From assembly GCA_964394445.1 (NCBI GenBank), contig CAYMXO010000006.1, positions 4,211 to 68,210 on the forward strand: a DNA stretch of 64,000 bases, given 5' to 3'. The notes under the pieces were generated by a model. The model saw nothing but the letters and a program-made list of their open reading frames with translations. It had not been told where the DNA came from and did no database searches. Made by a program: the position numbers and the translations under genes. Source of the stretch: an uncultured Thiopseudomonas sp. (lineage in GTDB: Bacteria; Pseudomonadota; Gammaproteobacteria; Pseudomonadales; Pseudomonadaceae). Below, piece after piece: positions 25,252-37,433 of the stretch; within the stretch, counting starts at the first letter, position 1, and the number at the start of each line of letters is the position of its first letter.

Positions 25252-26570
25252 GCCAGTCCCTCCACTGCACGGGCAAACAACTCACCGCGCTCCTCGAAGT
25301 TGCTGAACATGTCCAGACTCGCGCAAGCCGGTGCCAGCAAGACTGCATCGCCGGGTTGTGCCAGGGCCGCAGCCTGTTGTACGGCCTGCTCCAGTGTCTG
25401 CACCCGCACCAGCTCAACACCGGCAGGTTCCAGTGCCTGGCGAATTTTTTCCGCATCCCGACCCAGCAAAACTACCGCACGGCAATGCAGCCCGGCGGCA
25501 CCCGCCAGTTCGCTGAAATCGGCACCCTTGCCGTCGCCGCCGGCCAGCAGCACCAGCTTGCCGTCCGCTGCGGCCAGGCCTTCAATTGCAGCCAGGGTGG
25601 CGCCAATATTGGTTGCCTTGGAGTCGTTGTACCAGTCCACACCGTTGAGCTTGCGCAACCACTGGCAGCGATGCGGCAAACCGGGGAACGTCTCCAGCGC
25701 CTCCAGCATGGCTGCCATGGGCAGGCCGGCAGCCGTTCCCAGCGCCAGCGCTGCCAGCGCATTGGCCTGATTGTGGGCACCGCGGATTTTTAACCGCGAT
25801 GCCTCAAACAGTTGCTCTTCGCCACGGGCCAGCCAGCCATCACGCAGGCCAAACTCGCTGCTGTTCACCGGTTCATCAAGGCCAAAACTCAGGGCCCGGC
25901 CCGTCACGGCTGCCGGCGTCGCTGCCGGATCATCGCGGTTGATCACCGCCCACCGGGCATGCTCGTAGACTTGTAGTTTTACTTCGGTGTAATGCTGCAG
26001 GTCACGATAGCGGTCCAGATGATCGGCACTGATGTTCAGGCAGGTAGCCGCCAGCGGCTGCAAATGACTGGTGGTCTCCAGCTGGAAGCTGGACAGCTCC
26101 AGCACATAGAGCTCAACCAGATCGTCAAGCAGGTCAAGCACCGGAGTACCTATGTTGCCGCCTACGGCAACCCGCATCCCGGCGTGCTCCGCCATCAGGC
26201 CGAGCAGACTGGTCACCGTGCTTTTGGCATTGGAACCGGTAATCGCAATCACCGGCGCCCCGGCCAGCTGCAGAAACAGGTCAACATCACCACTGATACG
26301 CACGCCACGGTCGATTTCGCGCTGAATTTGCGGTGTGGCCAGCGCCAGTCCGGGGCTGACATAAAGAACTTCCGCCTGCTGCAACAACGGGGTATCCAGC
26401 GAACCACAGTGCAGTTCGACTTTCGGCCATTGCTGGCGGATCACGGCCAACTCCGGCGGCTGCTCGCGACTGTCCACAGCAGCCACGGGCACGCCCTGGC
26501 GCGCCAGGTGGCGCACCAGTGACAATCCCGTTTTACCCAGGCCGACCACGACCTGCAGCTGCTGTTTCAT
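25248..26570 (-). CDS. murD: UDP-N-acetylmuramoylalanine--D-glutamate ligase MurD
   Basis: VVGLGKTG Rossmann motif and ITGSNAKST P-loop. 440 aa. Confidence 0.95.
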   Translation of the reverse strand: MKQQLQVVVGLGKTGLSLVRHLARQGVPVAAVDSREQPPELAVIRQQWPKVELHCGSLDTPLLQQAEVLYVSPGLALATPQIQREIDRGVRISGDVDLFLQLAGAPVIAITGSNAKSTVTSLLGLMAEHAGMRVAVGGNIGTPVLDLLDDLVELYVLELSSFQLETTSHLQPLAATCLNISADHLDRYRDLQHYTEVKLQVYEHARWAVINRDDPAATPAAVTGRALSFGLDEPVNSSEFGLRDGWLARGEEQLFEASRLKIRGAHNQANALAALALGTAAGLPMAAMLEALETFPGLPHRCQWLRKLNGVDWYNDSKATNIGATLAAIEGLAAADGKLVLLAGGDGKGADFSELAGAAGLHCRAVVLLGRDAEKIRQALEPAGVELVRVQTLEQAVQQAAALAQPGDAVLLAPACASLDMFSNFEERGELFARAVEGLA

Positions 26571-26576
26571 TGTTTC

Positions 26577-27659
26577 TTACCTCAATTTCAGGGTGGACAG
26601 GCCGACCAGCACCAGCACCACGGTGATGATCCAGAAGCGCACGATGACCCGCGGTTCCGGCCAGCCCTTGAGCTCAAAGTGATGGTGAATCGGCGCCATG
26701 CGGAATACCCGCTTGCCGCGCAGCTTGAACGAAGCCACCTGAATCACCACCGACAGGGTTTCCACTACAAACACGCCCCCCATGATGAACAGCACAATTT
26801 CCTGGCGTACCGCTACAGCCACCAGGCCAAGCGCGGCACCCAGCGCCAGCGCGCCAACGTCACCCATGAAGACCTGGGCCGGATAGGTGTTGAACCAAAG
26901 GAAACCCAAACCGGCACCGACCAGCGCACCGCAGAAAATGATCAGCTCACCCACGCCCGGTACATAGGGAATGAACAGATACTGGGCAAATGTGGCGTGG
27001 CCGGACAGGTAGGCAAAAATGCCCAAAGCACCGCCAACCAGCACGGTCGGCAGGATCGCCAGGCCGTCCAGCCCGTCGGTCAGGTTGACCGCGTTGCTCG
27101 AGCCAACAACCACGAAATAGGTCAGGACGACAAAACCTGCACCCAGCTGCAGACTGACATCCTTGAGGAAAGGAAAGATCAGTGCGGTCTCCGCCGGCCC
27201 TTGCGCGGTAACGTAAAGCGCAATTGCCGCGCCCAGGCCAAACACCGACTGCCAGAAATACTTCCAGCGCCCGGGCAGGCCCCGGGAGTTTTTCTCGATT
27301 ACCTTGCGATAATCATCCACCCAGCCAATGGCACCAAACAGCAGGGTGGTGACCAGCACGATCCAGACATAACGGTTGCCCAGGTCGCCCCAGAGCAGGG
27401 TACTGATGGCAATACTGGCCAGGATCAGTGCACCGCCCATGGTTGGCGTGCCGGATTTGGACAAATGGCTCTGCGGCCCGTCAGTACGCACCGACTGGCC
27501 AATCTGCAGGCTACGCAAGGTACGGATCATCCAGGGACCCAGCCACAGCGACATCACCAGAGCGGTCAGAATGCCCAGGATTCCACGCAGGGTCAGGTAC
27601 TGAAAGACCGCAAAGCCCTTGTGGTACTGCTGTAAATATTCGGCAATCAATAGCAGCAT
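26577..27659 (-). CDS. mraY: Phospho-N-acetylmuramoyl-pentapeptide transferase MraY
   Basis: 360 aa with motifs [18 protein letters not shown] and MAPIHHHFE. Confidence 0.97.
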   Translation of the reverse strand: MLLLIAEYLQQYHKGFAVFQYLTLRGILGILTALVMSLWLGPWMIRTLRSLQIGQSVRTDGPQSHLSKSGTPTMGGALILASIAISTLLWGDLGNRYVWIVLVTTLLFGAIGWVDDYRKVIEKNSRGLPGRWKYFWQSVFGLGAAIALYVTAQGPAETALIFPFLKDVSLQLGAGFVVLTYFVVVGSSNAVNLTDGLDGLAILPTVLVGGALGIFAYLSGHATFAQYLFIPYVPGVGELIIFCGALVGAGLGFLWFNTYPAQVFMGDVGALALGAALGLVAVAVRQEIVLFIMGGVFVVETLSVVIQVASFKLRGKRVFRMAPIHHHFELKGWPEPRVIVRFWIITVVLVLVGLSTLKLR

Positions 27660-29035
27660 CAGTCAGCGCCCTTGTCCACATCCAGAATGGCAGCAACAAC
27701 CTCTTCCATGGCTGCACTGCGCGAGCCCTTGACCAGATAACTGGTGGGCAGCGTGATTTTGTTCGAAACCGCAGCCAGCAACTCCTGCCGGCTCGAAAAG
27801 TGTTGTGCCATGCCGTTGAAACCGGCCACGGCATGCTGCATGTTGGGCCCTACGGCAAACAGCACATCGGCCTTGCCATTGGCGTACTCGCCCAGGGTGC
27901 GGTGCTCCGCCTCGGCCCAGTCGCCCAGTTCGCCCATGTCGCCAAGCACCATGATGCGCTGCCCGGGCATGCCTTCCAGCAGGTCAATGCCGGCACGCAT
28001 GGACGCCGGGTTGGCGTTATAGCTGTCATCAATCAGCACGCCACCATGGCTCAGGCGATGGCGCAGACAGCGGCCGGCGACCGGCTGCGCCTGCTGCAGA
28101 CCACCGCCAATGGCATCCAGGGCGAGCCCGGCCGCATGGGCCGCAGCGGCTGCCGCCAGCGCATTGGCCAGGTTATGCGCACCGGCCAGTTGTAGCTGCA
28201 CCACAACGTTGCCGGCAGGAGTACACAGCTCAAACCGGGCACAACCGCCTTCGTCAAAGGAAACATCACGGGCAAAAACATCGGCCTGGGGATTGTTCAC
28301 GGAAAAAGTGACCAACCGTCCGGCACTGCTGCGTTCACGCCACTGGTCAAAAGCCGCATCATCCAGGTTGAGCACAGCCACCCCACGTCCGCCGAGGTTG
28401 TCGAGAATCTCGCCCTTGGCGCGGACGATCTGCTCCGGTCCGCCAAACTCGCCCGCGTGCGCCATGCCGGCATTGTTGATCAGGACAACTCCAGGCTGAG
28501 CCAGCGAACAGGTCCATGTCAGCTCACCCGGCAGCGAAGCGCCCAGTTCGATTACGGCAAGCCTGTGCTGCCGGTCCAGCTCCAGCAATGTCAGCGGCAC
28601 GCCGATTTCGTTATTCAGGTTGCCACGTGTGGCCAATACAGCTTCGGCCCCCAAAGCCACATCACCGATGCTGGCCAGCAGTTCTTTCACCGTGGTCTTG
28701 CCACTTGAGCCGGTCAGGGCAATCAACGTGCCTTTAAACTGGCTGCGGTTATGCTTGCCCAACTGCCCCAGTGCAACCCTGGTATCGCCCACCGCAAGCT
28801 GTGGCAGATCACTGCTGTCCTGCCAGGCATCTACCAGCGCCGCTGTAGCACCCGCCGCCTGTGCCTGCGGCAGGTAATCGTGGCCATCAAAATTTTCACC
28901 GGTGAGGGCGACAAACAAGTCGCCACTGCGCAGGCTTCTGGTATCGGTGTGTATACGCCTGATCTGCACGTCCGCTCCCAAGAGCTCGCCATCCAGCAGC
29001 GGTATCAGTTCGGCAAGTTGCCACGCCCTAAACAT
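27659..29035 (-). CDS. murF: UDP-MurNAc-tripeptide--D-alanyl-D-alanine ligase MurF
   Basis: [13 protein letters not shown]-loop. I chose the start at [10 protein letters not shown] (ATG 29035), which overlaps the murE stop. Confidence 0.93.
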   Translation of the reverse strand: MFRAWQLAELIPLLDGELLGADVQIRRIHTDTRSLRSGDLFVALTGENFDGHDYLPQAQAAGATAALVDAWQDSSDLPQLAVGDTRVALGQLGKHNRSQFKGTLIALTGSSGKTTVKELLASIGDVALGAEAVLATRGNLNNEIGVPLTLLELDRQHRLAVIELGASLPGELTWTCSLAQPGVVLINNAGMAHAGEFGGPEQIVRAKGEILDNLGGRGVAVLNLDDAAFDQWRERSSAGRLVTFSVNNPQADVFARDVSFDEGGCARFELCTPAGNVVVQLQLAGAHNLANALAAAAAAHAAGLALDAIGGGLQQAQPVAGRCLRHRLSHGGVLIDDSYNANPASMRAGIDLLEGMPGQRIMVLGDMGELGDWAEAEHRTLGEYANGKADVLFAVGPNMQHAVAGFNGMAQHFSSRQELLAAVSNKITLPTSYLVKGSRSAAMEEVVAAILDVDKGAD

Positions 29036-30496
29036 CTGTCTTCTCCCATGCGGCCAACGCCAGTTTTGCCTGCTCCAGATCGGAAAACGGATGGCGCACT
29101 CCGTTAATCTCCTGATAGTCCTCGTGCCCCTTGCCGGCAATCAGCACCACATCGCCGGGCTGTGCTGCAGCAACTGCCGCGGCAATGGCAGCAGCACGGT
29201 CGTCGTACTCGGCTGCCTTGGCAGCGGGTGTCAGACCAGCCAAAATCTCAGAACGAACCTGGGCGGCGTCCTCGCCCCGCGGATTGTCATCAGTCACCAG
29301 CACGCGGTCGGCGCCAGCCTCGGCAGCAGCGGCCATCTGCGCGCGCTTGCCACGATCACGCTCTCCGCCGCAGCCAAAAACACAGTGCAGTTGCCCACCT
29401 GGCGCGACATGCACGCGCAATGCAGCCAGTACCTGCTGCAGGGCATCCGGTGTGTGCGCGTAATCCACCACCACCAGCGGTTTGCCATCTTCCATCAACG
29501 CCTGCATGCGCCCTGCCGGCGCCTGCAGATCAGGCACCACCGCAAGAATGTCGTGCAGCGCATAGCCCATGCCGGACAGGGTCGCAACCACCGCCAGCAG
29601 GTTGCTCAAATTGAAGCGCCCCAGCAGCGTGCTACGCAGCAGGGCTTCACCCTGGGTCGTGGCCAGGGCTGCACGAATGCCGTGGCTGCCGAACTCGGCT
29701 TTGCGGCAATGCACATGTGCTGCGGTGTTATCAATACTGTAGGTTTTCAAGGTGCTGTCGGCATGTGCGGCAGCCAGCCGGCCACCCAGCCCGTCATCCA
29801 GGTTTAGCACCCTGACCTTGAGCCCCGGCCAGTCGAACAAGCGGGCCTTTACTGCCGCGTAGGCCTCCATGCTGCCGTGATAGTCCAGGTGATCACGGGT
29901 CAGGTTGGTCAGTACGGCGATATCGACATCGACCGCCGCCAGACGTTCCTGCTCCAGCCCGTGAGACGAAACCTCCATGGCTACGTGACTGGCACCAGCC
30001 AGCTTCAGCCCGGCCAGGGTGGATTGCAGGCTGATCGGGTCTGGCGTGGTGTGACGACTGCTGCCCAGCCTGCCGAGAAAACCATTGCCCAGCGTACCAA
30101 CCACCGCACAGCGCTCGCCCAGCCGGTCAAGCGCCTGGGCCAGCAAGTGCGATACGGTAGTCTTGCCGTTGGTACCGGTTACACCCAGCATGGTCAATGC
30201 CCGGCTCGGCTCGCCATAAAAACGCCCGGCAATGGCTGACAGCTGTGCCTGCAAGCCCCTGACCGGCAGCAACAGGGCGGCACTGTCCTGAACCTGTGGC
30301 GCATCCTTCTCCTCATAGGCAATGGCAGCAGCGCCTCGTGCAATGGCGTCAGCAATGTATTCACGGCCATCCACCTGGCTGCCCGGTACCGCCAGGAACA
30401 GGTCACCGGGCCGGACCTTGCGACTATCCAGGGTCAGCTCACGGATCAGTACGTTGCTATGTGCCTGTGGCAGCAACTGGTTCAATGGCATTGGCA

Positions 30497-30497
<1 letters not shown>
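29028..30497 (-). CDS. murE: UDP-MurNAc-L-Ala-D-Glu--2,6-diaminopimelate ligase MurE
   Basis: VTGTNGKTT P-loop, DNPR motif (VTDDNPRGED). 489 aa. Confidence 0.95.
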
Positions 30498-32531
<2,034 letters not shown>

Positions 32532-32535
<4 letters not shown>

Positions 32536-33473
32536 CGCAATTTCTCCGCTACACGCATAACCGCGCTGCGGGCGCGCGGATTGGCCCGCAATTCCTCTGT
32601 ACCCGCATAGACCGGCTTGCCCAGCAGCTTGAGTACCGGCTCAAAAGGCTCCGGACGCACGGGCAGATGCCGTGGCAGATTGTCTGCCTCGCCGCGAACC
32701 AGCTTGCGCATGAATTGCTTGACAATGCGGTCTTCCAGCGAATGAAAGCTGATCACCACCAACCGGCCACCGACCGCCAGGCTGTCCACAGCCGCCTGCA
32801 ACCCCAGCTCCAGATCAGCCAGCTCATTGTTGATATGTATCCGCAAACCCTGGAATGCACGGGTCGCCGGGTGCTTGCCTTTCTCCCAGGCCGGGTTGGC
32901 CACGCTGACCACTTCGGCCAGATCGGCGGTGCGGGTAAAAGGCTTTTCTTCGCGACGCTTGACGATGGCCTGCGCCATGCGCCTGGCAAAACGTTCCTCG
33001 CCATAATCCTTGAATACCCGCGCGATTTCTTCGGCGCTGGCTGTCGCCAGCCAGTCGGCCGCACTGATGCCGGCAGCAGGGTTCATCCGCATGTCCAGCG
33101 GGCCGTCATGGCTAAAACTGAAACCGCGGGACGCATCATCCAGCTGGGGCGAAGAAACCCCCAGATCCAGCAACACACCATCAACCTTGCCGGCCAGCCC
33201 GCGCTGTGCCAGCTCATCGTGCATCCCGGCAAAACTGCGCTGGACAATGGAAAAATTTTTATTCTGCTCCGCCAGCAGCATTCCGGTCGCAATGGCCTCG
33301 GGGTCCTTGTCAAAACCCAGCAGCACACCCTCGCTACCCAGCCCTTGCAAAATCAGCCGGCTGTGCCCGCCACGGCCAAAAGTGCCGTCCACGTAGCAGC
33401 CACCGGCACGCACTTGCAGCGCTTGCACGGCCTCGTCCAGCAGGACGCTAATATGCTCGTGTTCAACAGTCAT
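32532..33473 (-). CDS. rsmH: 16S rRNA (cytosine1402-N4)-methyltransferase RsmH
   Basis: [10 protein letters not shown]..., [10 protein letters not shown] and [10 protein letters not shown] motifs. Confidence 0.96.
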
Positions 33474-33475
33474 GG

Positions 33476-33928
33476 TTATAGCACCAGGTTGCGGAGCTCA
33501 TCCGGAATCTCGTTTTGCTGCACAAAGCCGATGTCCTGCTCAAACTGGGCCTGCCACCTGTCTTCATCCCAGATCTGGAACTTGTGCAGCATGCCCACCA
33601 GCGCCACATGCTTGTCCAGTCCAACCCGGCTGCGCAGCTGCGCCGGCACCAAAAAGCGTCCGCTACCATCCAGTTCGACATCAATTGCATTGCCCACCAG
33701 CAGACGCTGCAGGCTGCGCGCCTCCGGCACCATGGAAGACATGCGGCTGATCTGCGCCTCGACACGCTCCCACTCGTGCAACGGATAAAGACACAGGCAC
33801 GGGTCGTGCAGGTCGATGGTGATCACCATCTGACCTTCACAACGCTCATCAAGCTCCTGGCGATAGCGGCTCGGCATCGCCAGACGCCCTTTGGCGTCCA
33901 GATTGATAGAACTGGATCCGCGAAACAT
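33476..33928 (-). CDS. mraZ: Transcriptional regulator MraZ
   Basis: [23 protein letters not shown]... I chose the start 10 codons inside the track ORF. Confidence 0.95.
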   Translation of the reverse strand: MFRGSSSINLDAKGRLAMPSRYRQELDERCEGQMVITIDLHDPCLCLYPLHEWERVEAQISRMSSMVPEARSLQRLLVGNAIDVELDGSGRFLVPAQLRSRVGLDKHVALVGMLHKFQIWDEDRWQAQFEQDIGFVQQNEIPDELRNLVL

Positions 33929-33972
33929 TTGTGTGCTTTCCAATCGTGGGAAGCGCATTCAGGTGGAAAAAC

Positions 33973-34033
33973 CCACTTTCTTCCACTTTGCGCCACTTTG
34001 GGACACTATAAAAACCACCTGCAGGAGCGTCAA
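33973..34033 (-). promoter_or_regulatory. Pmra promoter with a three-repeat MraZ operator
   Basis: On the minus strand: TTGACG (34028-34033), a 17-nt spacer, TATAGT (34005-34010). Then three direct repeats AAAGTGG (complement of CCACTTT at 33993-99, 33983-89, 33973-79) with exact 10-bp spacing, immediately downstream of the -10. Confidence 0.7.
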
Positions 34034-34099
34034 GCGCAAACGCGGGAAAAAACCCTTATATGACGGATACTTAGGTTTTTTTAACAAAAGCACTCAGAC

Positions 34100-34142
34100 A
34101 AAAAAAAGACGCCAAAAAACACGCCATGCAGCTCAACTGCAT
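34100..34142 (-). terminator. Probable terminator downstream of rnpB
   Basis: On the minus strand, hairpin ATGCAG-TTGAG-CTGCAT (34126-34142), followed by GGCGTG-TTTTTT-GGCGTC-TTTTTTTT. Confidence 0.5.
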
Positions 34143-34206
34143 AACGCAACAAGTTAAAGTGGTTTGTGAGGAGAGATTTTTTGGCGGGACCGCCGGAAGG
34201 AAAAAA

Positions 34207-34563
34207 GCAAGAGCCGGCCTGTAAGCCGGGTTCTGTCATGGACAGTCATTCATCTAGGGTTGCCATCACTGACAACCTCAAGCAACCTACCCGAATCCAG
34301 CGCGGGCCACGCCAATGGATTCCTATTTGGTCTTGCTCCCGACGGGGTTTGCCTGGCCACGGACTGTTACCAGCCGTGCGGTGCGCTCTTACCGCACCTT
34401 TTCACCCTTACCGGCGCTTGCGCGCTTAGGCGGTTATTTTCTGTGGCACTTTCCGTAGGCTTGCGCCTCCCAGGAGTTACCTGGCGTCTTGCCCTGCGGA
34501 GCCCGGACTTTCCTCCCTCTTCCCGTCTTGCGACAGGAAGACAGCGACTGTCCGGCCAGCTCT
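34207..34563 (-). ncRNA. rnpB: RNase P RNA, bacterial type A
   Basis: The reverse complement contains GGGAGGAAAGTCCGGGCTCC (P4 5' strand), GGTAAGGGTGAAAAGGTGCGGTAAGAGCGCACC, CTAGATGAATGACTGTCCATGACAGAACCCGGCTTA (P4 3' strand), and P1 pairing AGAGCTGGCC / GGCCGGCTCT. Ends are accurate to about +/-5 nt. Confidence 0.95.
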
Positions 34564-34572
34564 TGCCAGCAA

Positions 34573-34601
34573 AGGGTACGACCCTGCCCGCCAACATGCA
34601 A
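34573..34601 (-). promoter_or_regulatory. Candidate rnpB promoter
   Basis: On the minus strand: TTGCAT (34596-34601), 17 nt, TACCCT (34573-34578), about 8 nt upstream of the predicted mature 5' end. The -10 is weak. Confidence 0.35.
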
Positions 34602-34737
34602 CTGTTTATGTCACGCATGCAGGCACACCAGCACGCCCTGTGGATACAGCAAAACCCGCCAGTCACGCCCCACACCCTTGCACCTGCAGGTTCCTGCCGC
34701 CACACTGTGGGATGATTTCTTTCTGACAGTAGTACCC

Positions 34738-35619
34738 ATGAACCCGATGCTTGATACCCTGGTTTCCCTGCTTGACATGGAAGCGCTGGAAACCAACCTG
34801 TTCCGTGGCGCCAGCCAGGACTTGGGTTTTCGCCAGTTGTTTGGCGGCCAGGTACTGGGCCAGGCCCTGTCTGCCGCCAGCAAAACTGTTGCCAACGATC
34901 GCAAGGCAAACTCGCTGCACGGCTATTTTTTGCGCGCAGGCGATGCGGGCAAACCGGTGATTTACCAGGTCGAACCGGTGCGTGATGGCGCTACCTTCAG
35001 CACCCGTCGCGTCATGGCGATCCAGAACGGCCAGCCAATCTTTACCTGCAGCGCGTCTTTTCACATCCGCGAAGAAGGTTTTAGCCACCAGCTCCAGATG
35101 CCCGATGTTCCCATGCCGGAAGATCTGGTGCCGGACAACGAGTTGACCGAAGAGCTGTCGCGTATGCTGAACGATGAAAAACGCATCAAAATGCTGCGCG
35201 ACAAGCCCATCGAGACCCGCGCCGTCCAGGTACTCGACCCGCTCGATCCGGACAAGGTTGCCCCGACCAAACAGGTCTGGTTCAAAACCGACGGCCACCT
35301 GCCGGACTGCCCGGCATTGCATCGCTATCTGCTGGCCTATGCATCCGATTTCAGCCTGCTGACCACAGCGCTGTTACCGCACGGCGCCTCGATCTGGCAG
35401 CCGCAGATGCAGGTAGCCAGCCTGGATCACGCCATCTGGTTTCACGATGAAATGCGCATGGACGAGTGGCTGCTGTACAGCATGGACAGCCCGTGGTCCG
35501 GCGGCGCCCGCGGCTTTGCCCGCGGCAGCATCTTTAGCCGAGACGGACGCCTGGTTGCTTCGGTGGCCCAGGAAGGCCTGACCCGCGTGCGCAACGACTG
35601 GCTGCACAAAGGAGGCTGA
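34738..35619 (+). CDS. tesB: Acyl-CoA thioesterase II
   Basis: MNPMLDTLVSLLDMEALETNLFRGASQDLGFRQLFGGQVLGQAL... is collinear with E. coli TesB. ATG 34738 lies inside the longer track ORF. Confidence 0.92.
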   Translation: MNPMLDTLVSLLDMEALETNLFRGASQDLGFRQLFGGQVLGQALSAASKTVANDRKANSLHGYFLRAGDAGKPVIYQVEPVRDGATFSTRRVMAIQNGQPIFTCSASFHIREEGFSHQLQMPDVPMPEDLVPDNELTEELSRMLNDEKRIKMLRDKPIETRAVQVLDPLDPDKVAPTKQVWFKTDGHLPDCPALHRYLLAYASDFSLLTTALLPHGASIWQPQMQVASLDHAIWFHDEMRMDEWLLYSMDSPWSGGARGFARGSIFSRDGRLVASVAQEGLTRVRNDWLHKGG

Positions 35620-35623
35620 GCCG

Positions 35624-36238
35624 GTGCCTGGCTTTCTGCATGCATGTCGTCACTGGGTCTTCGACATGGACGGCACCCTGACCCTTGCCGTGCACGACTT
35701 TCAATACATTCGTCGTCAACTCGGCATCCCGCCCGAAGCCGACATCCTTGGCCATCTGGACAGCCTGCCTGCCCGACAGGCACAAGCCGCCCACAGCTGG
35801 CTGCTGGAACACGAGCGCGAACTGGCCGAGCGCTCCACTGCCGCACCCGGCGCAGTCGAGCTGGTCCGGCACCTGCACGCTCGTGGCGACCAGCTGGCCA
35901 TCCTGACCCGCAATGCCCACGAGCTGGCGTCCATCACACTGCAGGCTATTGGCCTGGGTCATTGTTTCAATATCAGCAACATTCTGGGTCGAGAGCAGGC
36001 CGCACCCAAACCGGCTCCGGACGGCATGCTCAAAATCGCCCGCAACTGGCAAATAGACAGCAGCAGATTGTGCATGATTGGCGATTTTCACTTTGATCTG
36101 CGCAGTGCGCGCAACGCGGGATCCCGGGCGGTGCTGGTCAATCTCCCGGACAACCCCTGGCCGGAACTGACCGACTACCACGCAAGAAACTGCAACGAAT
36201 TACTCGAACTGCTCAGGGCCGGACAGGCTTTGTCCTGA
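35624..36238 (+). CDS. HAD-superfamily (subfamily IA) hydrolase
   Basis: Motif I FDMDGTL, motif II LTRN, motif III/IV K...GDFHFD. GTG start, 4 nt after the tesB stop. Substrate unknown. Confidence 0.8.
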   Translation: MPGFLHACRHWVFDMDGTLTLAVHDFQYIRRQLGIPPEADILGHLDSLPARQAQAAHSWLLEHERELAERSTAAPGAVELVRHLHARGDQLAILTRNAHELASITLQAIGLGHCFNISNILGREQAAPKPAPDGMLKIARNWQIDSSRLCMIGDFHFDLRSARNAGSRAVLVNLPDNPWPELTDYHARNCNELLELLRAGQALS

Positions 36239-36278
36239 GCAACAGGCCCCTGGCAAATCGTGTTCTGCCTGCCAAACA

Positions 36279-36320
36279 AAAACCGCTGGAGCCCCGATCA
36301 GGAGCTGACAGCGGTTTTCT
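36279..36320. terminator. Bidirectional hairpin terminator after the HAD gene
   Basis: AAAACCGCTG (36279-88) pairs with CAGCGGTTTT (36309-18), with an imperfect inner helix. A-run on the left, T-run on the right. Confidence 0.5.
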
Positions 36321-36601
36321 GGAATTTTCCTGGATCCCCTTCAGCCGTGGTACAGCTGCGGTCTAGCAGTTGCCGGTAAGCATCTGCAACAAGGGCTTGC
36401 GGCCGGTAAGCCTGCGTACCCGAATCCTCCGCCAAGCCTGTCTGGCATTCATGCCGGTTCATGTCTTGAGTTGGTTTCCATTATAGGGATTTACTGCGAA
36501 ATGAAATTGCGAAAATCATTATTTTCAAGCCGCTTGCAGCACAAAATTGCAAAAACGGAGTAAACTGCACAATAAATCAATACCGGTACAGGAAAAGACG
36601 C

Positions 36602-37081
36602 ATGAACAAGCTTGACCGCTTCGATATTCGCATCCTTGACGCCCTGCAAAAAGACGGACGCATCTCCAACCAGGATCTTGCCGAACAGATCGGCCTGTCC
36701 CCCTCGCCCTGTTCGCGCCGAGTGCGCCAGCTGGAAGACAGCGGTTACATCAGGCGCCACGTGGCCCTGCTGGAGCCGAAAAAGCTGGGGCTGACCCTGA
36801 CAGCCTACGTCCTGATCGGCATGGACCGACACACCCCAGAGCGTTTTGCCAACTTCCAGCGCCACATCACCCAGTGGGACGAGGTCCTGGAATGCAGCCT
36901 GATCACCGGCATGGATGCGGACTATCAACTCAAGGTTGTGGTGCCTGACATGGATCACTATCAGAAGTTTTTGCTGGAAAAGCTGACCCGCATCGAAGGG
37001 GTGACCAGTGTCCGCTCCAGCTTTGTGCTGAACCAGGTACAGCTGTCGACCGCCCTGCCGCTTGAACACCTGCAAAGCTAG
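36602..37081 (+). CDS. Lrp/AsnC family transcriptional regulator
   Basis: HTH (DRFDIRILDALQKDGRISNQDLAEQIGLSPSPCSRRVRQLEDSGYI) plus an RAM/ACT-like C-domain. 159 aa. Confidence 0.92.
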   Translation: MNKLDRFDIRILDALQKDGRISNQDLAEQIGLSPSPCSRRVRQLEDSGYIRRHVALLEPKKLGLTLTAYVLIGMDRHTPERFANFQRHITQWDEVLECSLITGMDADYQLKVVVPDMDHYQKFLLEKLTRIEGVTSVRSSFVLNQVQLSTALPLEHLQS

Positions 37082-37196
37082 ACGCATCAGCATGTGATCC
37101 GCTGCGCCCGTGCCGCAGCCTGGGGTATTTGTTATCATCGGTTCAGGCCGTCGCCCCGGGCCCGGCCCTTCATTTAGCTGATCGCTGGAAACCGCC

Positions 37197-37397
37197 ATGG
37201 AAACCGAAGTATTTGAAGAACTGATGACCACCCTGCTGGTCGCCGGTCTGATCCTGTTCATGGGTTTTATCGTCTGGGACCTGGCCAAAAAATCCAAAGC
37301 TGGCCGTTACGGTACGGCTGTGCTGTTTTTTGCCCTCGGACTTGGCGTGTTCGGCTTTATTGCCAAAACCATCATCATTGCCGTAAAGGGGCTGTAA
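37197..37397 (+). CDS. Small two-TM membrane protein (DUF2788-like)
   Basis: 66 aa with two hydrophobic helices flanking WDLAKKSKAGRYG. The family assignment is from memory only. Confidence 0.55.
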   Translation: METEVFEELMTTLLVAGLILFMGFIVWDLAKKSKAGRYGTAVLFFALGLGVFGFIAKTIIIAVKGL

Positions 37398-37433
37398 TAC
37401 TCCCCCCGCAGCTGCAGCGTTTCCCCCCCCCGC

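Noticed and set aside
36491-37297. 268-aa ORF on the minus strand spanning the Lrp gene
   Set aside because: Antisense to a clear AsnC/Lrp regulator and to the start of the small membrane protein. It would also need to read through the AT-rich promoter region. No homology recognised.
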